Assembly (NCBI GenBank): GCA_001803225.1
Contig: MHBF01000019.1
Span: 25,622-89,621 of the forward strand
DNA: 64,000 bases
Reading direction: 5' to 3'
Origin: Lentisphaerae bacterium GWF2_44_16
GTDB taxonomy: Bacteria; Verrucomicrobiota; Lentisphaeria; Victivallales; GWF2-45-14
Shown: piece after piece, positions 52,949 through 62,781 of the stretch
Position numbering within the stretch: position 1 is the first letter of the stretch
How the letters are laid out: the number at the start of each line of letters is the position of its first letter
Notes under the pieces: model-generated
Told to the model about the DNA's origin: nothing
The model's input: the letters and a program-made list of their open reading frames with translations, nothing else
Database searches by the model: none
Program-made: the position numbers and the translations under genes

Positions 52949-53697
52949 CTGTGAAATACATAAACAGACTGAAATTCACACTTCTGGAGCTCCTCATAGT
53001 TATTACTATAATAAGCTTTCTTGCCGCAATTCTCCTGCCGGCATTGCAGGCGGTGAAAGCGAAATCCTATGCCATTCAATGTTCCTCCAACATGCGCCAG
53101 ATATGCCTGGGCTTGCAAGCATACACCACTGACAACAACAGTTTTTTTCCGTTATACTCATACAGGATGTACAACGATCTTCTTGGCGGAGATTATCCCA
53201 TTGAAACAGAATGGAGTTGGGGATATGCACTCTACATAGGGGACTATGCTTCAAACAAGATATTTTTATGTCCGAGCGCGGCAAAAATTTATACTTTCGG
53301 TTCCGCATCAACCGGTCCGAATGGAGTAATCAACAGGCCGGATTCAATAAGGTTTTATTATATCGGCTATGGATACAGCAATTATTATGTAGGGTCTCGA
53401 TGGAGCATGCTAACCTCTTCGTCTCCTACTTCTGAAAGGGTTGTACCTCCTAAAATTACTGAGATGACAAAACCTTCTCAATGTCTCACAAACGCGGAAA
53501 ACAAGGTGAATGGTACTCCTGTGAATCCCAGAGGATCATATAAACTTGATGATGGGTCCGGGATATATAATTTTCATTCCGGAGGATGCAATCTAGTATT
53601 TGCCGACGGGCATGTTTCTTTTCTTAAAAATGCGTCTTTCATTCTCAACCTCAGCGATAACAGGACTGAGGCGGAAAAATATTACAAATGGAAGTAA
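52945..53697 (+). CDS. DUF1559 / H-X9-DG-type pilin-like protein
   Basis: 250 aa. RLKFTLLELLIVITIISFLAAILLPALQAVKAKSYAIQCSSNMRQICLGLQAYTTDNN, and the C-terminal NFHSGGCNLVFADGHV (H-X9-DG). Confidence 0.75.
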   Translation: MTVKYINRLKFTLLELLIVITIISFLAAILLPALQAVKAKSYAIQCSSNMRQICLGLQAYTTDNNSFFPLYSYRMYNDLLGGDYPIETEWSWGYALYIGDYASNKIFLCPSAAKIYTFGSASTGPNGVINRPDSIRFYYIGYGYSNYYVGSRWSMLTSSSPTSERVVPPKITEMTKPSQCLTNAENKVNGTPVNPRGSYKLDDGSGIYNFHSGGCNLVFADGHVSFLKNASFILNLSDNRTEAEKYYKWK

Positions 53698-53713
53698 ACG
53701 TCAAAAAAATGCC

Positions 53714-53781
53714 GGCGATGACGGAGCATCGCCCTCCACGATTTTACACATAACGGGGAGGGATTTGCGTCGTCAAATCCG
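53714..53781. repeat. Intergenic hairpin-repeat element, a compensated variant of 9316-9392
   Basis: GGCGATG-ACGGAG-CATCGCC plus CTCCACGATT (53714-53743). The stem CCCTCCACG/CGGGGAGGG has one mismatch. GGAGGGATTTG-CGTCGT-CAAATCCG follows (53757-53781). Confidence 0.8.
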
Positions 53782-53822
53782 TCTTTGATTTAGATAAGAA
53801 TAAACAAAAAAGGAAAACGTAT

Positions 53823-56800
53823 ATGAAGCTTAAAATCTGTCTGGCAATCGCATTACTCTCGTTTCTAGGCGTATCCATCCGCAGTGACATATTCGCGGAG
53901 GAAAATGAAATCCTGGATGCCATTTCATCGAAAACAAATAAAGAATATGAAGCCGGCCGCATGGAACTTCTGAAAATGCGGAAAGAATCTGAAAAAAGAA
54001 AGCCCGTGCTTGAGAGGCCGTACGTTTTTGTAAGGAGCCAGACGAAGTATTCAGGCAGGCTTTATGTGAGCTGTTACAAATGGCATGACCGTCCGCTTTT
54101 TGCCAATCGTCTGCTTTGGGATGAAGGTGAATCCGACCATAAATATGCGAGCTTCCGCAAAACGTTTGAACTTTACCAGAGCTATGGTTTGGATGGTTAT
54201 GCCACATTCGCGTGGCCCGACGGATATAAGAGAACCATGAAAGTCATTTACGACACCGCTTCGCAAATGGGACTCTCCCCTGAAAAGTTTCATATTATGC
54301 TGGAGACCGCGTCAGGCAAAAACTACCTGGAGATTAATCAGGATACATTGAATCTTATAAGCGGCAACCAGTATTCTTTCAGGATTGGCGGCAAGAGCGT
54401 CATCAGCAGTTATGTAATTGATTCCCTGCCTCCTGAAAAATTGTCAGAATATATCAAATCACTCAAGGAAAGAAGCGGAGACAAAATAATTTTCCTGCCG
54501 CAGATATGCTTTGTCAATATGAAAGATGAAAAAGGCAGGAGTTTCAACATTCATCAGGTACACGAAATATACAGAAAAAACAAAGGCGCTCTGCCGCTTG
54601 GTATGATTAACATAATGAAAGAATATCTGCGTTCATACCTGCGGGTTTGCGATGGTCTTTACATTGGGCATTCATCCAGCAATCCTGATGTTACTTTGGA
54701 TGAAAAATTTTCCGATGAAGTCCTCTTCCCGCTTTTCAAAAGCGTTCTTGCCGAGCCGGAATTTAACGGCAAGAAAATCTTTGCCGCCTGCGGAAAAGTC
54801 GGTTATACCAGCTATCACGGAGCTCAGTCTTTATCCAGGGACGGAACGAAAACCCTGCGCAAGTTTTTTGAGCTTGCCGTCAAATACAGACCGGACCTTC
54901 TTATATGCCCGGAATGGGACGAACTCAACGAGGATACAGGCTTTGAACCGCTTCTCGCGAAGCCAATGTCCAGTCAGCGTATAATAAAGTACTACATGTC
55001 GCTCCTTAAAGGTGAAAAGCTAACTTCGAACCCCGGCGACGACTTGAGTATTCCCAACCTTATCATAAGCCAGAGGCGACAACTTATGCCCGGATGGAAA
55101 ATGGATATAGAACTACTGAACGTACCCGATACCGACAAGGGAGAAAAATACACCGTAAAACTCGAGCTTCTGGATGTTAACGGAAAAAGCGTTTATTCCT
55201 CTGATGAGATGCAATTCAACACGGCGGAATTGAAAGACATTACGTTGAAACTGCCCAGTGAAAATTTTAAGAATTGCCAGGTTCTGCGTTCCAGGCTTAC
55301 TATAAATTGCGGAGAAAAAAGCTGGATTTCATGGCTGGATTTCGGTACAGATTCTTTAGCTGAAAAACAGGTTTTCCTTGACGGTCTGCCTTTCACTGTT
55401 CTGCGTCCGACCACCTGCTGGGACCAGACTTATTTCTGCACACCCCTTCGCAATGTACTGCGACCGGAAAAGGCGGACTTCAAATTTACAGCGGATAAAA
55501 ACGAAATGGCCCCTGGCATCAGAGGAGTACAGACTTCCGCCGATTTGAAATCCAAAGAAAAAATAACAATGCTTGAAGTTGTTCAAGACAGTATTGAGCA
55601 ATTCGCATGGGACCCAAAAAATGAATTTTTACAGAATGATACTGACAGGCAACTGTTAAGCCTGGGCTGGCATTATGTAAACAATCCGCATAGAATCAAT
55701 ATCACTTTTGATGTGAAACTGGAAAACGCTCCCTCAGCGATTACTTTCAGTTCCCGCATTCATTCTTCCGCGCCTCAAACGCCTGTCATGAATGAAATGG
55801 CAAAAGCAAGTCCGGCTTTTACAGAAAAGTCCGGCGTCTGGAATCTTGCGCAATACAGCGGAGCTGCTGATCATTGGCAGAAAAACCGTCTAATCTCCAT
55901 AAAAAAATCCGATATGGAAAAAGCGGTAATTACAATCAGCGGCAAAAGAAAATCGGGAAATCTCAAGGAAAAAGATTTTTCCCTGACGATACCTTTGAAA
56001 GATTTTCGCTCTTACAATCTATTTTCAAAAGTATTTGAGGATGGATTGATGTTTTCACTGGAAACGCAGTACAGGCCGTATTGTTTCCCGATGCCTCTGG
56101 ATTCCTGTGAAGCTAAATTTAATTCTACGGTGATTGCGGACAATCCCAACGGTATTCTGGCAGCCAGAGCAGTTACAGAAAACGGCAAAGTTTATTGGAG
56201 CGCGCCTTTTGCCGTCAATTCAAATCCGTCCAAGGAAACTGTTCCCGTCTATGTATATTCCGATACTGCCGGAAAGGGAATAAAGCTGGATATAGCAAAG
56301 AACCGTGTTCCCGATATAAAATATGATTTTTCACCCTCTCACGGCAATATAATGTTCACATCAGCGGGACGCGAATTTTACGGACATGCCGGAGGCTTTG
56401 TCTCTGCCGCAATCGGCTTTTCCGGAGGCGAAGCGGCAAACTTTTCGATACCGTTTAACTTGTATGCGAAAGATATTTTCAAGGGCGCTGATAAACCCGC
56501 GCCCGAATGGGTTAAAACTGATGAAGGCAATTGGGCGCTGAAGTTTGACGGCGAACGCGGAAACTTTCTGGTGCTGCCGAATACAGTCATTCCTCAGAGG
56601 GCAGGTTTCAGCATGTCTTTTGAGCTGAAACCCGATGAAGTCAAAGGCTCACAGGTTATTTTCGCCAATAAAGGATGTACATTCGGCGGTTTCACGCTGG
56701 AAGCGAAGAACGGCAAATTTGAAATCGAATACGTCAGGCGCACACCTCTTGACCCAACGCAAAAATCATATTCGGCAAAATATTTTAAAACGAATATTCC

Positions 56801-57020
56801 GCTGGAAGCAGGGAAGTGGCAGAAAATAACACTGACCTACAATGAATCAAAAGTTTTCCTCTCCAACAACGACAAAATAGAATCATTTGATCTTGAAGGC
56901 ATCGGCCTCTACCTGCAAAACAGCCATTTCGGCGGCAGAGGAGATAAAACAAAAGACGGCGTAATTCCTTTTTATAAAGGTCTCATGCGTTCTCTCGAAA
57001 TAAAACATTATGTTGAATAA
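53823..57020 (+). CDS. Large secreted protein with a possible GH99/GH71-like catalytic region and a C-terminal LamG (Laminin_G_3) domain
   Basis: 1065 aa. Signal-like N-terminus MKLKICLAIALLSFLGVSIRSDIFA. ICPEWDELNEDTGFEP resembles the NEWHEGTxIEP strand of GH99-type barrels, but this is weak. The C-terminal NWALKFDGERGNFLVLPNTVIPQRAGFSMSFELKPDEVKGSQVIFANKG is a clear LamG-type pattern. Confidence 0.5.
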   Translation: MKLKICLAIALLSFLGVSIRSDIFAEENEILDAISSKTNKEYEAGRMELLKMRKESEKRKPVLERPYVFVRSQTKYSGRLYVSCYKWHDRPLFANRLLWDEGESDHKYASFRKTFELYQSYGLDGYATFAWPDGYKRTMKVIYDTASQMGLSPEKFHIMLETASGKNYLEINQDTLNLISGNQYSFRIGGKSVISSYVIDSLPPEKLSEYIKSLKERSGDKIIFLPQICFVNMKDEKGRSFNIHQVHEIYRKNKGALPLGMINIMKEYLRSYLRVCDGLYIGHSSSNPDVTLDEKFSDEVLFPLFKSVLAEPEFNGKKIFAACGKVGYTSYHGAQSLSRDGTKTLRKFFELAVKYRPDLLICPEWDELNEDTGFEPLLAKPMSSQRIIKYYMSLLKGEKLTSNPGDDLSIPNLIISQRRQLMPGWKMDIELLNVPDTDKGEKYTVKLELLDVNGKSVYSSDEMQFNTAELKDITLKLPSENFKNCQVLRSRLTINCGEKSWISWLDFGTDSLAEKQVFLDGLPFTVLRPTTCWDQTYFCTPLRNVLRPEKADFKFTADKNEMAPGIRGVQTSADLKSKEKITMLEVVQDSIEQFAWDPKNEFLQNDTDRQLLSLGWHYVNNPHRINITFDVKLENAPSAITFSSRIHSSAPQTPVMNEMAKASPAFTEKSGVWNLAQYSGAADHWQKNRLISIKKSDMEKAVITISGKRKSGNLKEKDFSLTIPLKDFRSYNLFSKVFEDGLMFSLETQYRPYCFPMPLDSCEAKFNSTVIADNPNGILAARAVTENGKVYWSAPFAVNSNPSKETVPVYVYSDTAGKGIKLDIAKNRVPDIKYDFSPSHGNIMFTSAGREFYGHAGGFVSAAIGFSGGEAANFSIPFNLYAKDIFKGADKPAPEWVKTDEGNWALKFDGERGNFLVLPNTVIPQRAGFSMSFELKPDEVKGSQVIFANKGCTFGGFTLEAKNGKFEIEYVRRTPLDPTQKSYSAKYFKTNIPLEAGKWQKITLTYNESKVFLSNNDKIESFDLEGIGLYLQNSHFGGRGDKTKDGVIPFYKGLMRSLEIKHYVE

Positions 57021-59454
57021 AACACCTGAGGATTTTTCGACTATGGATACAATAAAGGTTGTGAATAGAAACAACAGTTTGATTCTGAGCAATAAATTAT
57101 TTTCCATCGGCTTTACAAAGGAGAGCGCGGGCTTTCCGGCGTCCATCTCCTTTAATGAGAAAGGAGAAGAAATTATTAAAAGTTCCGAGCCATATATTTC
57201 AGCAATCCTAAATAAGAATAAGATTATTCCGTTCCTGGAAAAACTTGCTCCTGAAATTATCACGGACAAAGAGAAGACAGAGCTGACTTTCAACGATATC
57301 AGATGGAAGTACGCTGACGGGAAAATTGTCGAAGGCTACAGACTGGCCATTGCCTATGAAATCTACAACGACGGAGCGGCATTCGCAAAAACATTCTTCT
57401 TCGCGGAAACCCTTGAAAAACAGAAACTGGAGGATTTTAATTTTCAGTTTGACGTGAAAATTCCCTCCGGAAATAAAGCGAACTGGGCGTATTGGAAATG
57501 CCCGTCGTCTCCAGATGCTTCCATAATACAGGACTTGTCGAATTTTAAACGGAATATCCCGGAAGGCGAAAACTCTTCAGTGGAAAAGGGTTTTTATCCC
57601 TTTGTATCTTTTGATTACGGTAAAGGCGCTCTGAGGGACAAGCATATTGAGTTCTTTTTTGAATCATGGAATTCGCTCACGCCGGATTACAAAAATACTT
57701 CCACATCCGTAAAATGGGCAAAGGAAAAAGCCCGCGTATCATGGTGCTTCCAGAAGGAAAGCAGACAGGTTGAAGGCAGGGCTTTTCAATGGCGCAACAT
57801 CTGGGGATGGTGCATCAGAAAATTTCCCGTGAAAAGAAAAAATCCTCCGTTCAGGGCCTTTCACTACCTTGACAAGAATCAATTCTATCCTACCGATAAA
57901 TGCATAAAGCAGCTGGCCGCCGAAGGAACTAATCTCTTTATCCTGCATGAAAACTGGAGCTTTGACACGAAGCAGGGAGAATTTTCGCGCGACGACGGCA
58001 GATTGAGAAAAGTTATAAAACTCTGCCGCAAATACAAGATGAGAACAATGCTCTACGTCAGAGGCAATGAAGACGGAATGCGTTTCGGTCATGGAACGCA
58101 TCTGGTCCCGAGATTTCTGAAAAAAGATTATGACGGCATATATATGGATTACTGCGCGGCGCCTGTTTTCATAAGCAAAGATGAATATTCGCCGGGAGGA
58201 AGAATACAGTTTTACGAATTCGACAGGCTTATGAGGCTTTGCAGAAAAACAGTCGGCGACGACGGAGTTCTCATCGGACATGCGGGACCGTTTTTTTCAG
58301 CGCTGGGCTTTACTCAGCTCGACGCGTATCTGGGCGGCGAACAGGAAAAGGGAGCGTTGCTGCAGAACACTTCGGTACACGCGTATTTCAGCGGTCTTGC
58401 AATTACCCAGGCTTCCCTCTGGACGGCGGCGTTTCCAACGTACAGAACTAAAAAGATGCTTCCGTTCATGGCGTCGTCCTTTCAGTTTCCGTTTCTTCAT
58501 CTCGGGGTACAACATGCTTCTTCGTCGCTGGCGCATCCCCAGGCGCCTTCACTCGTAACTTTCGCGCGTCCGTTGTGGAGATTGTGGGAACTTTTTGACG
58601 GGATTAAAAATATCAGGACATATTCCACTCAGAACCGTCCGGAATATTTCAACGCGGATTCGGAAAGCACAGGCGCGTCGGCAATGCTCGCGCCGGACGG
58701 AGATACTCTGATAATCGCGGCAAACTATCTTGACAAGGCAAGAAAAATCAAATTGAATATCGATTTCACGAAATTGGGCATAAACGGAAAATGGAAATCT
58801 TTCAAGCTTAACGCTGAAGATGCCGGATGTGATTATGAAAAGATAAAAACTTCCGACAGCATCTCCTGCGATATGAGCGGATACGGCATCATGGGCTTCC
58901 TCTTTGTCAGGGACGATAAAAAGTGGCTGAAAAGGCTTGATAAATTCATGCGTCCGTATCCGAAATTCCCGGAGGAGGAAAAAGAACACAGAGAAATGCT
59001 TTCAAATCTTAAAAAACTGCGCTTTGGGCCGCCGTCCTGGAAAAAAATTTATATAAAGCCGGAAATTAAGGGTTCGCCCGACAATTTTGAAGATTCTCTG
59101 ATATACGACCTTTACAACAACGTGATAGAACTCCGGGAACTTTTCGATGACGGCACACATAAAAGGCTGGCTTATCTGACCCCTTCCGGATTGAAGAAAG
59201 AGCTTCCGTCCAAATCGGAACGCCTCTATCCCTGGTCGGAAACCGCATGGATACCCCTGCATGAATTTATAAGGCATAAAGGCCCCGCGAAGCTCGCCTT
59301 CGCCACGAGGCGCGGAGACGGCGAATTCTATTCATTCCTTCAGGCAAAAGTTTCAGACAAGGCGGAGATTACAGAAAAAACCTATGAAATTTCCTATAAC
59401 AACGATATTGACTTGGACTGGTCTGTTCTGACTTTCAATATAAATCTTGACTAA
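57010..59454 (+). CDS. Hypothetical large protein, possibly a TIM-barrel glycoside-hydrolase-like enzyme, with no evident signal peptide
   Basis: 814 aa. The ATG at 57010 overlaps the upstream gene by 11 nt. An alternative ATG at 57043 has GAGGA upstream. FILHENWSFD...KMRTMLYVRGNED...YDGIYMDYCAAP...VLIGHAG suggests a beta/alpha barrel. No family could be assigned by eye. Confidence 0.35.
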   Translation: MLNKTPEDFSTMDTIKVVNRNNSLILSNKLFSIGFTKESAGFPASISFNEKGEEIIKSSEPYISAILNKNKIIPFLEKLAPEIITDKEKTELTFNDIRWKYADGKIVEGYRLAIAYEIYNDGAAFAKTFFFAETLEKQKLEDFNFQFDVKIPSGNKANWAYWKCPSSPDASIIQDLSNFKRNIPEGENSSVEKGFYPFVSFDYGKGALRDKHIEFFFESWNSLTPDYKNTSTSVKWAKEKARVSWCFQKESRQVEGRAFQWRNIWGWCIRKFPVKRKNPPFRAFHYLDKNQFYPTDKCIKQLAAEGTNLFILHENWSFDTKQGEFSRDDGRLRKVIKLCRKYKMRTMLYVRGNEDGMRFGHGTHLVPRFLKKDYDGIYMDYCAAPVFISKDEYSPGGRIQFYEFDRLMRLCRKTVGDDGVLIGHAGPFFSALGFTQLDAYLGGEQEKGALLQNTSVHAYFSGLAITQASLWTAAFPTYRTKKMLPFMASSFQFPFLHLGVQHASSSLAHPQAPSLVTFARPLWRLWELFDGIKNIRTYSTQNRPEYFNADSESTGASAMLAPDGDTLIIAANYLDKARKIKLNIDFTKLGINGKWKSFKLNAEDAGCDYEKIKTSDSISCDMSGYGIMGFLFVRDDKKWLKRLDKFMRPYPKFPEEEKEHREMLSNLKKLRFGPPSWKKIYIKPEIKGSPDNFEDSLIYDLYNNVIELRELFDDGTHKRLAYLTPSGLKKELPSKSERLYPWSETAWIPLHEFIRHKGPAKLAFATRRGDGEFYSFLQAKVSDKAEITEKTYEISYNNDIDLDWSVLTFNINLD

Positions 59455-60137
59455 AGGTTAAGTATGACATCCAGGTTTTTTTCCAATACCGCCCGGTATG
59501 GGTAAGGATAATATTTGCGCTGCCGTAATTCATTCAGACCGATAAGGACCGTATGCCCGTCAAGACATAAGAGATTGGCTTTCTGCAAATGGCGGAGATG
59601 TATCCGATAATTGGTACTTGAATAACCTATGGAACATATATAACAAGTTTGCGTTCCGAGATGATTTACCGTATCAGCCAAAAGCATAAATGAAGAGGGA
59701 CTGGTGCCCGAAGGAGCATCATTCAGGGCCTTTGAGTGTTTCAGAAAAGAATCATATCCTTTCATCCCGTACCCTGTGGCACTGACGTATTCCGGGGCGG
59801 GATTCCATATGGGGCAGAAAAGTATTTTATTATTCGAGATATAATCTGCATTTTTCAATATTCTATCCCAAGCATTAGAGGCGGCAAGCAAGGCTGGATT
59901 ATAGTTAGGCACCATATAATTATCAAAATCTATGGAATAATTACAGAACAGTATGCCGCATTGTTTCAGCCGCGCCGCGCATTGTATCTGCTGTGTCCTG
60001 TCCTTCGCTTTTTTCAAAGTTGGCAGAAGCACACCGGCAAGAATTGTTATAATCGCTATAACAACGAGCAACTCCAGAATGGTAAAAACCCTGTTCACTT
60101 TAAATCTTTTTTTTCTTTTTGATGATGGAACTTTCAT
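59451..60137 (-). CDS. DUF1559 / H-X9-DG-type pilin-like protein
   Basis: 228 aa. KVNRVFTILELLVVIAIITILAGVLLPTLKKAKDRTQQIQCAARLKQCGILFCNY, and the C-terminal HLRHLQKANLLCLDGHT (H-X9-DG). Confidence 0.75.
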   Translation of the reverse strand: MKVPSSKRKKRFKVNRVFTILELLVVIAIITILAGVLLPTLKKAKDRTQQIQCAARLKQCGILFCNYSIDFDNYMVPNYNPALLAASNAWDRILKNADYISNNKILFCPIWNPAPEYVSATGYGMKGYDSFLKHSKALNDAPSGTSPSSFMLLADTVNHLGTQTCYICSIGYSSTNYRIHLRHLQKANLLCLDGHTVLIGLNELRQRKYYPYPYRAVLEKNLDVILNL

Positions 60138-60168
60138 ATACCATTTTCCTCAACGCTGAAAACAGGTT

Positions 60169-62697
60169 TTATTTCAAATAAGGTTTCTTGAGTAATATAA
60201 CTTTTGACTCAAATGGATTCAATGTCAGAGTGCTGCCCAGATTTATGCTCTTCCCTTCAGGCACAAGAGAGGCTTCTTTAAGCCATCCGTTAACCTTGCA
60301 GGTATTTGAAAAATCAAGTTTTTCCGCCTTGTCTGTAAAGTTTGAAACAAAGAGCAGGGCTTTGCCGTCAAGACACCAGACGCTTTTAACGAGATATGGA
60401 CAGCCTTCAACGTTTTCGAGATAAACGGCATCGTCTTTTCTCGAACCTTTTTCAAGGAACGGTCCGGCTTCCGAGAGAATATCATTCCATTTTTTTATTT
60501 TATGAATGAAACGTCCATCAATCCCTCCTAAAATCTGAGCCCCCCAGAAAGAAAGTCCTCGCGCGCCTTTTCCGATTATCGCGCAAATCTGAGAGTCCAT
60601 CATTTCAGGAGAACTCCACGCTCCGGTATCGGAAGGAGGATAGGCTATCGAGGCACAATATATTACCGGTTTGTCGCCTGAAACTTTAACGCTGGCTTCA
60701 ATGGTGTCAATGGATTTCATAATACGTTTAAGGAGATAGTCTTTATCTTTCTGTGAATTAGGCACAGTGTATTCGGGAACTTCCGCCGCGGTCAGGTTTT
60801 TGATCACTTTTGAAACATCGATCTGATGCGAATATAGCGTATTCTGATAATTATATCCTGCAATCCAGGCCTGTAATGTGCATTTAGGGTTGATTTCACG
60901 GGCTTTGTCGCCGACAATTTTTACATAACGGGCGCCCTGTTCACTGCGGAAACTTATCCATTGGTCATGATATCTGCCTGCATATTTGACATCTTCCGGC
61001 CACTTCATGTTCTGTACACCGCTGAACTTTATGAACGCGGATTTACAGCGTTCGCAGAAACATGGCGGCGGTCCGGTTTCGTAATCAAACATGAAACCGT
61101 CAAAAGCAGTTTCCTTAAGACGGCTTGCGAAATCCTGAAGGAACTTTCCATAGCTTCCTTCCCCTGCGGCTATGACTTCGGGGCAGATGGAAGTGCGCGC
61201 GGCCGGGTCGGCTTCGGTGGCGCGTTCCCCCTCGGAGGGCAGATAAGTTTCGGGGCATTGGCGCGTATAGGGCCACCACTGGCCAATGATATATTCCATT
61301 CCGGCCTTGTGAATTTCGGAAACCGTGGCTTCGGATGTTTTGTGGGCCACATATCTTCTGACACCAAGATTTTTGTGCAGGCTGACAAGCTCTCTGGTCA
61401 GCTCCTGAGGCATGTTATCCAGATAAACAGCTCCCCAGAAAGTAATCCCCAGGTCATTCTGCCGATGAACAGCTTCCGGGGCCGGAAGGACGACTGTCTC
61501 ATATTTACGTACGGGACCGGAATGTCCATTGGATGAAATGGACGTCTCAAGAAAGGCCGAGCCTTCCTTCTGCGGCTTGAAAAACATATAGACGGGAGAA
61601 ATCATTGAACCTTTCGCGAGAGGACTGTAAACCCAGCCGGGGCCTTTCTTTTCCCTGCTCTCTACGCCATAAAATCCGGGCGGCAGTTTCAGTGCAGAGT
61701 CAAAAGTAAGCTTATATTTTCCGGGGCCGCTTTTGACGTATTTCATCGGCTTCCCGTTATTTATAAAAGCAATCGGGTTTAAACTCGGCCCACAGTTTAT
61801 TTCAATTGAAAGTTTATCAGCCGAGGCGTCATCATCGAAGTTCTGATAAAGCAGTACCAAAGGCTGAATGCAGTTAAGGGCGAAATATATGGTTTTTTCC
61901 GTCTCAGGCAATGTAACGTTTGGCCAAATCGCCGTCTGGAGTTTTTCAGGCGGACATACAGGCTTATTTTTTTCCGAAGCTATCACGCTTTCATTGATTT
62001 TTCCGGCGAATTCCGTAGAGTCGCCGACCGCAATGTTGTCAATCATAAATTTATAGAGTTTCGTGTCCCTTATGAACGCATAGTTATTGTCAAAATCCGG
62101 TTTCCCATCGGGGAGCATCGTTCCCTTGCCAAGTATCAAAGTGCATTGCTCCTGCGGAAATATCCCTCTATTCAGCTCCGCAACTTTCTTCAAATCTGTT
62201 CCGCGTTCCCCCAAAAAAATATTTAAATTTTTATCTGTTTCCTCTGAAATTCTGACGCGATACCACATGTCAGCCAAAACCGACCCCTTATCAAAAACAA
62301 TTTTTTCACTTTTACCGTCAGCCATATATTTTATCTGCAAACCGTAATAAAGACTGGTCATGACCTGGATATAATTATTTTTGTCCCAATACAGAATAAC
62401 GGCAGGGGACCATGTCGCCGCGGTATCGTTTATATTATTGATATCACACTGTACGCTTTGAAACGGGACGGGCAGTTTACATTCTATATGGTTATAACTA
62501 TGGCCTGCACTCTGGAAAAGCAGAACTTCTCTCTTTGTGTCGATGGATGTTTTATTCTCCTTGAAACCTGAATCTATTTTCCATTTTGCGGACAGCCCTG
62601 GTGCTGAAAACGTGTCCAGCCATTTTTCCTGCGCAAACCCGGAAATCATAAACGACAGAAATACCGACACCAACAGTGTTTTGCCAACTAATTTCAT
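60169..62697 (-). CDS. Large secreted protein: N-terminal LamG/DUF1080-like lectin fold plus a putative glycoside-hydrolase-like barrel
   Basis: 842 aa. Signal-like N-terminus MKLVGKTLLVSVFLSFMISGFAQE. The N-terminal domain begins WLDTFSAPGLSAKWKIDSGF.... The later region FDGFMFDYETGPPPCFCERCKSAF recalls GHL-type hypothetical glycosidases. The assignment is weak. Confidence 0.4.
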   Translation of the reverse strand: MKLVGKTLLVSVFLSFMISGFAQEKWLDTFSAPGLSAKWKIDSGFKENKTSIDTKREVLLFQSAGHSYNHIECKLPVPFQSVQCDINNINDTAATWSPAVILYWDKNNYIQVMTSLYYGLQIKYMADGKSEKIVFDKGSVLADMWYRVRISEETDKNLNIFLGERGTDLKKVAELNRGIFPQEQCTLILGKGTMLPDGKPDFDNNYAFIRDTKLYKFMIDNIAVGDSTEFAGKINESVIASEKNKPVCPPEKLQTAIWPNVTLPETEKTIYFALNCIQPLVLLYQNFDDDASADKLSIEINCGPSLNPIAFINNGKPMKYVKSGPGKYKLTFDSALKLPPGFYGVESREKKGPGWVYSPLAKGSMISPVYMFFKPQKEGSAFLETSISSNGHSGPVRKYETVVLPAPEAVHRQNDLGITFWGAVYLDNMPQELTRELVSLHKNLGVRRYVAHKTSEATVSEIHKAGMEYIIGQWWPYTRQCPETYLPSEGERATEADPAARTSICPEVIAAGEGSYGKFLQDFASRLKETAFDGFMFDYETGPPPCFCERCKSAFIKFSGVQNMKWPEDVKYAGRYHDQWISFRSEQGARYVKIVGDKAREINPKCTLQAWIAGYNYQNTLYSHQIDVSKVIKNLTAAEVPEYTVPNSQKDKDYLLKRIMKSIDTIEASVKVSGDKPVIYCASIAYPPSDTGAWSSPEMMDSQICAIIGKGARGLSFWGAQILGGIDGRFIHKIKKWNDILSEAGPFLEKGSRKDDAVYLENVEGCPYLVKSVWCLDGKALLFVSNFTDKAEKLDFSNTCKVNGWLKEASLVPEGKSINLGSTLTLNPFESKVILLKKPYLK

Positions 62698-62781
62698 TGC
62701 TTTCTCCTGTTATTATATTAAATACTTAATTCCCCTTCTAAAATCCTTCCTATCCTAATTTTTCATTCCGCATTCTAAAAG

